DNA of 64,000 bases from Fimbriosthenelais zetlandica. Lineage: Eukaryota. The number at the start of each line of letters is the position of its first letter. Within the stretch, counting starts at the first letter, position 1. The notes under the pieces were generated by a model, which made no database searches, was not told the origin of the DNA, and saw nothing but the letters and a program-made list of their open reading frames with translations. This document shows, in pieces, positions 1-10,300 of this stretch. The stretch is taken from contig OZ365114.1 in NCBI GenBank assembly GCA_977030845.1, positions 25,110,001 through 25,174,000 of the forward strand, given 5' to 3'. A program made the translations under genes and the position numbers.

Positions 1-1143
1 TAAAGGTGACCGTGCCAGAATTAGAGGATGGGACACTTTCAAATATAAAATAGGTATACTTTAACTAGCACCAAGTTCAGGGATTACAGATTAATCATGG
101 TGTACTTTATAACATTATGAAAGTCTATGGTAATATTTTGATTAATACAAGTGTCAAAGACTGCTGTTTGTTGGATGCTATATTTTCATGTGATGTTGAT
201 TAAACATATATGTAAGCCCTCTCTTCGTGCTTTCTCCTACCTTGTGGTGCTGGGAAATCTGTCAAAATATAAGACTCAGTCTCAATGACTAACTGAAAAC
301 CACGTCATGGTACACTTATGTTAAACCTAAATGTTCTTGCAACACAAAAGAAACTTTAAATGACCTTAAATATTCTTTGGTTGCAATTAATTTGAACATG
401 AATGTATACCATGAACAATAAACAAAATAAATCACTATTAATATACAACAACCGGTATACTATGCCACTGGTTCTGGTTATATGCTTGTCATAATCATGG
501 CTTACATCAATAAGGTTGATGGTGCCACAATCACGTTGCTGAAGTTGGTAACAATCCTAATCTACACACATGGTAGGTCTATAGACAAGACCATATATGG
601 AGAGACACTCAGTAAATGTGCATTTTTCACAACATTATAACCAGTATAAGGTATCACTAACCAGAATCGTAGCAAATAGCATCTGCCCGGAAGATACCTA
701 TGGCAACATAATCATAAACATAATCTGACAATTGCCCTCACTAAATAAACTTAATCACTCTCCTCCCCTGCTCTTTAGGCTATAGTTTTCTATCGCTAAC
801 CTAATTCTACACCATTTTTCGGGCAATGAACCCATGTTTTCCGATGGTATATCCTGCATCTCTCTATGCTAGAAATCGTATTACTCTCAATTGGTAAAAC
901 AATTGAGAAAACAATCCACATGTTTTGGTACTTATTAGTGCTTAAAATACTTAAATATTAAAGTTCCTTTTCAATAAACCACATGAGATTATTCAATTTG
1001 ATTGAAAATCTCTTAATCTTTTTGTTGATAACATTTTTTGATTAGATTTCCAGGATGAGGGACGATGCGGGACTGGTGATGGGTCCCCGTTGCTATGGCA
1101 ACAGTTGCTATGTACTACTATAGCTACTAGAGTAATGGTGATG

Positions 1144-1386
1144 TCAGTCGTCGGAGGATGTGCTGTCACGATCACTGCTGCTCGTGTCGAAGATGCCACC
1201 TCCCCAGCCATGAAGGCCCGTCATTCGTTTTCTTGGCTTTGTGCGCCTTGTAGTGGTGATGATCTCTGGTTCTGGTTCCCCAGTGTCAGAGTCAGGATCA
1301 GGCGGTCTAGGTGGAGCTGTATGATTCTGTGGACTCTTACGTTGAGCCCCATTACCTGTCATAACATTCTCGTATGTTGGCAGCTC
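1144..1386 (-). CDS. Receptor probable terminal coding exon (ELPTYENVM...SSDD-stop)
   Basis: Acceptor tctttctgttttgtag|, phase 0; LPxY motif; acidic C-terminus. Two internal donor-like sites make the 3' end uncertain. Confidence 0.75.
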   Translation of the reverse strand, partial: ELPTYENVMTGNGAQRKSPQNHTAPPRPPDPDSDTGEPEPEIITTTRRTKPRKRMTGLHGWGGGIFDTSSSDRDSTSSDD

Positions 1387-4300
1387 CTACAAAACAGAAA
1401 GACTCCATGAGCTCATGAAAGTACCCAGAAATTCAGTGTATGGCTTCGCAAATGCCTGTTGTCTGGAAAGATCGGAGTCCGGCATATATCTAGTTCAATA
1501 TACTAAGCAAAGTGATAGCATATTTTCTGTTGTGTGGAACAAAATTTAGTCAAAATAATTTACCAAATACAAACAAATTTTTCATTTAATGCTCATCATG
1601 TAACTGCCAAAAATGATTAATAATGTTTAACGTTTAACAAATGATAATATCATTCCCATCTACAGTTGTTTAAGGGGCTTAACCTTTCTGGAGCTTATTA
1701 ATTAATATTTCTTTTTCTACAAAGCACTATATTTGAGCAATGTTTTAAATAGAAATAATGTTGCATGATAAAAAGCTACAAGTAGGGTAGTGAAGCTGGC
1801 AGAGGAACTTGGCCTATTCTGTAATACAGAAACTGTTGCCGTTCTGGACACATTATCGGTTCACATAATTTCCCTAACCCAAGGAAAGAATTTCATGAAT
1901 ACAAATTATCATTAAGGCCAAATGAGGGGGAAAGGAAATAAAAACTACATTATGTTTCAAAAGGGAAACTGAATAACTTTGTTTTGTAAACTCTAATGAT
2001 GCTGGTACCATGTGAAAATGCAGAAATTTTTCCTATTATACTGCACAGGCTCTTGGCTTGTGCGATTCCTTCCTAATATGGGACTTCCTGCTTAATAACA
2101 TGTCTCTCATTGAAAGGAACACAAATGCAGTGATAAAATGCAAGCAGAAAGAATGTAGGAGACGTTGATGAAGAATAATCAAGGTTGATCATCCAAGGTT
2201 GTGAATCAGCGAGGAATTATGGAAGCTTTTAACAGCGAAATTATGTGTAAAGTGCGAATACAGATTAGAGTAGTTATATCGCGCTAAAGAGGAAAAAAGT
2301 GAAAGTAATAGCTTCAATCTCAGCTATATGAATGTAATTAAACCATGCATATCTAGATATAATATGCCAATTAACTGCCCGATAATTCTCATTATTGAAC
2401 TTAACCATTGTAGCCTTAGGCCTATATTACACTGCAAAAACTAGTAGTTAACACGATTCATAACAGGGCCCATCCCCAAAGTACAATGACATCCCTTTTA
2501 GAATGGAAAATCTCATATCCAATATGTAGTAAAGAACTTTTTGGAGGCATGAAAAGAAGACATAATAGTTGGCTATAGTTCACCTGACTTCAGTTTTCTG
2601 CTACATGCATCATTCATTCACATCACCCTCAGACTTTGCTCATGATACATTCTACACCCTTTGATCACATGCTCACAGGCTACTCATAATCTTACAATAC
2701 CAGACCTTCCATAACGAACTCTTAATCACAAGAGTTTATTCTGATGCATGCAAAACAATGCATAAAAACCTAACATAGACTTCATATTGTAGACTTAAGT
2801 TCATTCCAGTAATAAGGTTATTAATGTCACCTTGCAATGGATGCTCTATATGAACTACATAGACGCTACATCATCTACTCTATGATAATGTTGCATTGTC
2901 AATGTTGCCGGAAGCTGTGATGTGTATTTACGATGACGTGGCAGTGATGGATGCTGTTTACATAGACAGAGATAAGAGGACATACACACAACAGACAAAC
3001 ACGGACACATATATATGGACAGATGGCATTAAGTGCGTGTATTTACTCTATAGCTTCTAAAGCTGCCGAAACCAGTCTTGGAGGGTTGGACGGCTAGGGA
3101 GAAGTTTGGGAGACTCTGGTGGTTCATCATCATCGAGTGGTGCTGTTAGGGGAAAATTGGTGTCGCAAAACACGACAAGGCCACAATGTTATTCAACATC
3201 TTCTAGTGCAACAAAAGATATATCTTAAATCACAAGAGATTCAATCTTTCAACTTAAAAGGAAGAACTAGTCTATAAATCATAGAAAAGGAATTACTTCA
3301 TTTGTATGGAATTATGATCAAAGAATTTAGTCAAATTATACCAGTCATCGGTCAAGAAACAAGTAATGTTTAACATAATGCCACGTAAATTAAAGGTAAA
3401 TTACACTTTGAAAATATAAAAATACCTATCTGATACAATACAAACTACTTCAACATATGTGCTCAAGGTCTTGATAAATTCATAAGACTTAAAAATTAGA
3501 TATTATTAGATTTTTTCAATGCATAATTTAAGGATGTATATTATAAAATATATTCAATTGCTTTGGACATATACTATGAAAGGACTCATGCTTTGGTATG
3601 TATAAATAATATAGGACTATATATAGGGATGAATATTGCAATAGGCTCTACGATAGTAAGAGGGTATTGACCAACTCAGGATTCATACATTTTAGGGAAT
3701 TAGGACGCAATAAAGTTCTAAATAAAACTAGGAGAAATTGCTGTCAGTGTCCATGTCCCAAAATGAGATAGAAAAGTCCGAGATAGAAAAATAATTGAGT
3801 TAAAAATAAATGTTAGTGTCACACATTGGTGCATGACCCTGTTTTTTTTTTACCTAATTTACCTAAGTCGAAAAGACAGTTTACAACCAAGTAATTGTAA
3901 GACTGTCATGTAGGACCACGATACACGTATAGGGAGACATGCTATCATCAAAATGCATCCAGGTTATGTGGTAATCAAGGATACATCGATTCACACTGAC
4001 ATGATTCAAGTGGGAAAATGTCAATGTAACAGCTCAAAGTTCTACGGGTTTAACTTTCCAATGCAGATCGCGATCACATGAGGATACATAAGGATTTTTG
4101 AAATGCCAGGTTTTCTAGGAAGAAGTAACTTTCTTATATATCCTTGCCCCTACCATCAAGATGAAACTGTTATTAAATTACCAGAGCTCTAAATAAGTTC
4201 AAGTGATGAAGCAAATGGTATAAGCTGGCTCTCTGATGGTAAGGGTAATAGGATAAATAAGCCCGAAATTCACAATAAACGGAGCAACCATCTGGTTTCA

Positions 4301-7300
4301 TACTTTGTTACTGGACCAGAGTATTTCACAAGAGAATGAGCGAAAATGCAATGATTACGCGTTCATGCCGGAAGCTGTTGGAGCGGCTGGGGCCTTTGTT
4401 AGTTTGGGGCACAGCTAACGTGACGTTAGGCAGACTGTGGTGATTATTCCTGATAGTACACTGCTGATGGTGCAAAATTAAAATAAAACAAAATATTGGT
4501 GGGCGAAAAATTTGTCATCAGTCATTCAGTAAGCAAAATTCCCAAAATTATTCAGCGGTAAAAAGCAGTGTGTTGACTATTCCGAGTCTAAAATCCCCAT
4601 TCTACCAGTAGCTGCTCGGTTAGTACCCTTCAACGGGCTTCTAAAATCTGCAGTTAGAGACCCCCGTCTGAGTTAGGTAGATGCAATCACTTGATTGTTT
4701 GGTCATGGTAGAACGTAAATTGAGACTGGTATGACTTCAAGCAATCTGCAGGCCCACTCACAACTTTGCGCCTTCAGTGCTTGTGGGAAAACAAACCCGT
4801 ACATTGCCCTCAGTTCAATCCTACCGGGTCTCAATTCACTAAAATATCTTTTACACCAGACTTGTCCGAAAATTCAAGGCACGGTTGACAAAATACCAAG
4901 ATAAGTCGGTGTTTTCTGGGACAAAACAGCAAAACAGGCCCCTGGTCAAACAGTACTTGTTGGATATTTTCCGGTCAACCATTGTTGTACCTTGGCGTAA
5001 TCAATCAGCTTTGTATACTGGCTTTTCACAAGACGTTTCACCAGAAGCTGATGTATAGTAATCCAAACTGAAATAAAATCTTTCAAAAGATAACAAAGAA
5101 GGACAAGCATCTTCAGAAACAAAGTACAACAGTTTCAGTGACTCAAAGACAAAAAAAAGTGCAAATTAATATTATTTTGATACAACTACAAATAATTTAA
5201 AAAAAGGTACATCACTGAAAAATAATAAGAGGAAATAACCAGAGTGATTAGATTTATCGTGTTTTGTGTAATGCTAGGTTCTTAGGATTATCACTCATTT
5301 AGTTTAAGGGTTGCACCTAATCCATGAAAGAATACATGTCAAGAAAGGTTCTTGCGATTGTTTCTCAATTGCTTAGCTTTTCAGTCACTGTGAAATTGGA
5401 CATCCGATTGCTGACAGTGATGAACTGGCCCTGCATGATACTGCCATGGTTGCTGGTGCTCTACATATTGGGTGAGCTCGGGCTTTCTTGGACTAAGTTG
5501 AACTAGAATACGAGTATTTTGTAAATGTCACATGTTTGGGTGCTTTGCTGTAGATATTTTTGATTGTATCTGAATTATTAGGTACATTATAGGCCTACCA
5601 TGCTGCTTAACATAACTCTTAATGCCTATAGCCTAAATATCTGGAGCAATCTCTGCAAAGATTAGGCCTATGTAACACACCGAGGCATGGAATTGAGAGT
5701 ATTTTCAGGAATTTCATCCTGCCTATAAATCATATTCCATTTAAATGAAGATCTTATCGAAACTTAAACACAAACTTTAAGGAATGTGTAACCTCAATTG
5801 GTGTAAAAAGCTATCCTAGTCTATGGAAGGCCATTCCAAAGCAAAATCTCTATAACATCCACTATCTATACCTTGACTGTTAGTAAACCCTTTTCATGGC
5901 CACTAAAATGGTTTAGCTTGTGATAAATAGTCTTAGATAGGTACTAACCCCTCCAGAATTGGCCTGCAGGCCCAGGTTGGGTGTAGCTTGGGGTGAGGGT
6001 GCAGGTGGGGCTGTCGGCACAGCAGCTTGCATGGCTTCATCATAAGATGGAGGGGGAGCAGTGGGCGTGAGGCCGCCTGTGTTGGCACCTGGTGGGGCCA
6101 GTCCTCCTGGTGTGGGTTGTGGAGAGGGATCTAGATGAGTCCTCTCATCAGCATGTGGCGGAATGAGGCGCTCATTACTTCGCCGGAGTGAAGGCGGGTT
6201 GGATGTGTATGATGGCGGGTCAGACATGTAGGTGCTGTAGTTGTTCAGCAGGTTGTCTGGCCCGTTTCCTGTAGGATGGAACAAGGCAGATTACATACAG
6301 GATCAAAGCAATAAAGCCACCATCAATGTGATCAGAAGTGACAGTTTCTACAAGCCTGGAGGAAACCTGGCTGTATGGCCAATTGCTTTCTTTGAGGGCT
6401 TACGTTTTTCTTTATCTGGTTGATGTGTAATAGGCAAGGCAAAATATTTCTACACTATGAAATTATATCTCCAATGTAGGAGATCAATTTCATTTTAGCA
6501 CAGTTGTTACCACTAAGATTATGAACATTGCAAGATATCGGTTGTAATACTGTGAAAATCATCTATGAATATCAAAGGCAAAAATTGTTGATTCATACAT
6601 CTACTTGGCCTCCTAGGCATAGAAAACAAAATTATTTCACCAAATGACGTACATGTACATGTATACATGTGCGTGCGGAAGGAGGTATGTACATGTATGT
6701 CAAAATATAGTGGACATAACCGAACAAAAAGATTGCTTGTTCATGCAACAAAATTGCTGTGCAATATATAGTATATATCTTCTGATTCTACGGCTAGACA
6801 CCTGGGAGGTTTGTGCCGAAGACCTACAACTTCAATAGCTAGATTTCGTTTGAACGCCACTCACTTAAAATATATCATCTAAAATCTTTCTTATTCTCTA
6901 GGGACTTTGGGGAAAAGCATGGTTTGCATCCACTGAAGCATCAACCAATGTCAAAATAAAGGCTAAGCATAAAGTCCCATGCTGATTTTGTTATGGCAGC
7001 GTTTCGTACCTTTCAACTGGATTTCAAAGATAATTTAGACAGAAATTTTGAACAAAGTGCTTTTTAAATTGCATATACTTTTCGTACGGAAATTTTGTTA
7101 ATCCCAACCAAGTAGAGGTCTATACCCAAATGCTGCCACATACAAAACATTACTGGATTAACAACATTGCCGAGCAAAGCAATAGGCTGACACCACTCAT
7201 CAAAGGAGGTATGCAGAGGGTGCAACTGCTGACATACATTGAATCCTGCCATCTGTGCATCCCAGCAAGAGCCAAACACAGGCACATAAAAGGCAAAGTG

Positions 7301-10300
7301 AAACAGGGTAGTGCCAGCCTTCAGCCAATGCGCATTGACCATGACCACTGCCAAATTTTGTAACTCAGACCATCAGATTGATATCCATATCCAAATAGAG
7401 CATCATACAAACATAAACAATTAGAAAAAGGCTTGAATCAAAAGAGAAGGGTATTCCTTGCATGAATAATACAATAAATTAAGCAAGGACCAAGATGTAT
7501 TTCCATCAGAACTATACATCTCATCATCAACTTACTTTCACAATTAAATATCAATTTACATGATTCATTTACATTGTTTGAAAAGTAGGGATTCTGAATT
7601 GTAAGGAAAAAGATTTCATTGATGAATATAGCTGACAGATTTGGTCATTAAAGCAGCATGCAGGGGGCAGCAGCTGACCTGCAGGGGTGGAGGGTGGTGG
7701 CATGTGGTTGCTGGTGTCACGGGGACTACGGGTACCTGACGTGCCGTAATGCGGCTGGTACGTCACGGCGCTCCGGCCATTTCCCGGTGATATACCGGCC
7801 GAGGCGGCGGGTACCGGCTGCATCCTTGTCCCAGTGTATGCGGACCCGTTCTGGGTGGCACCAGCTGGAAAAAAATGAAGCATAATTATAGTGCCAGTGG
7901 CATACTGATACTTCAATGAGTAATATTTATATTTCTCTATGTTATTAATATGCGGAGGAAATACATCCTCTTAAAATATCCACATTTTGTTATAATATGA
8001 GCAGTATGAAATTTATTGACCTTTTGTGGTAGAGAACTGAACTTATTTGTTACATAATTTGGTACTTTTTGGGCGTGCAGAGAGTAGCACAACAGTAAGT
8101 ACTAATGAAAAGCATGCAGGCAAATTAAGTAGTACAGGAAGTTGGGAACCTGAGGCAGGCCAAATTCAGTATTATAGGAATTGGGACCCTGGGTCAGGCA
8201 AGATTCAGTACATGTAGTAGGAATTGGGACATTGGGTCACGCAGGAGTTGGTAGCACAGGACTTTAGACCATGGGTCAGGCAGGATTAAAAAAAATAGTC
8301 CTCCTCTCTCATTTCTCTGTTGTTGAGCTCACACCAGCTTTTGGAGAAACCACTGCACATTGTAACACAACTTTTACCTGTGCTAAGATGCTGACCCCTA
8401 CTTTTCCTTTTCCGCCCATAATAGCATCCAGCTATGATGACTGAGAATGACAGGATAGCGAGAATGACAGGAGGGAAGATGACGACTGGGTTATTCCCAT
8501 TGGTGACAGCTGGAATGATTGGTAAAATAGGAATGAACGAGAAGAAGAGTGAGGACAGGAGCAAGTCTTATTTTAGTGGAGATATTGCCAAATGTATTCC
8601 TCTGCCAATGGACTGTTGTGCTGTGTAGATTGCAGTTGACCTCCGTGCCTTTGCTTTGAAAGTGGATATGAAGAAATAGGGAATCTGAAGACAAATTTTG
8701 GTTTAGACAAATGCTAACGAAAATGCAGTAATGCTAAAAGACGGATAAAGTCTGACCATAAGGTATCTGAAGACTTAGCAATAAATAAATCAAATGTGTC
8801 CATTTCAGAGGAGATGGCTTTAATTATGAGAAAGCTGGAATTGCATATTCTTCACACCTAATAGGATCAGACGGAATCAGTCACTGAATGACGTTCAATC
8901 AAAGTGCTTTTCATTATTTCAAAGTCATTCAGAATCACATGCTCGTTTCAGCCAATGTGCCTAGACTACAGGACAGGAAGAATGCCATACAATGCAGTGG
9001 AGGTAGAAGCAATGCATACTGAAATAACTTTGATTTGAATTAACTTTGATTGAATTTCAAAATACCGATGATAAGAATCTGAAGAAGAGTAGAAAGAGCA
9101 ATAATGAAAATGGGCATTTGGTAGCATATGGTTCCTGCGAAAATGTCCATTTGTCCTTTAAGAGATTCCTAAGATAGGTGTAACAATGAGGATAGGTCGC
9201 AAACTGTGAGCGTCTACTGGAACAAAGTTTGCCCAGTGCATGGGGATAGGAAATGATTGAGAGGCAATTGCCAGCCTCTTTTACCTGCGTTTGGTGGGTT
9301 ATTTGGGGGGTTATGGCAACAGATACGGCATACTATTGCCACCACGAAGAACGGTAGAACCACTAGGGCAAGGAGAGGCATGAGGTTTCTTGAATTCGTA
9401 TCTGCTGGAAAGAAGAATCATTTTTTGAAATCAGCATTGACATATTTGGCGAGAGAAGATGTTTATTGCTTAGTGTAAGATGCAGGTCAGCTTTCAGATG
9501 TATTTTGTTGATGGCATATTATGCTGAAAGAGTATGGTGAGGATTAGACATGAAGAGGAAATTATTACTTCCGAAGAATTCATGTGGCTACTGAGTGAAG
9601 GTTTCTGTTTTGCAAAATCTTGTTCATAGTAAAGCATTATTTTGAGCTTGTTTTAATTATATTTACTGATATAGGCAAGTCTCTTCAATATTACGAGCTA
9701 ATTAATATTATTTCGAAACATCGTTTAAAACTGACACTATCTGAATGTTAAGTCAGACATTGTGAATCTTTTGCAGGCAGAACTAAACTTACCACAATGT
9801 GTTTCATCACTCTGATCTACACAGTCATATGTCCCATCGCAAACATCCTGGGTATAAAGGCACACACAAAGGGCGTCACATCTAAAAGGCTTGTAGCTTG
9901 GACAAGGGTCTTCAGCTGTCATGGTGGGAAACAATTAAGCTTTATGGCAAACAGATTTAAAGAAATCTACATATATCCTAGGAGGCAGCGACGTTGTCAA
10001 AATATCAGAAATCATTCGCTCTCTGTTTGGAATTTGTATTAGACAAACTGAGTAATTCTTGGATATTCTTGTAATACTTACGGCAACGCTCGTATTTAAA
10101 TACGCACTGACTATTCTTACACCTTTTTTGGGTGTAAGGGCACTCCCCAGCTGGAAGTAAGGAAAATTAATTAAGCATTTGTCTACTTTAAACCAATGGT
10201 GTTTGAAAGGTTTCTAATGCATTATATATACCTCTGTAACATTGTATGGATCATAAAACATAGATTAAATGCACTGTTATTTTGGATTGGCTTAAAATTG

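Noticed and set aside
5389-5460. Fourth tail cassette (STSNHGSIMQGQFITVSNRMSNFT)
   Set aside because: It is phase 0-0 with a faint NHxS echo, but has a poor pyrimidine tract and too little similarity to 14a/14b to support.
7064-7363. Overlapping ORFs in receptor intron 12
   Set aside because: No domain similarity, weak splice signals, and not needed for frame continuity.
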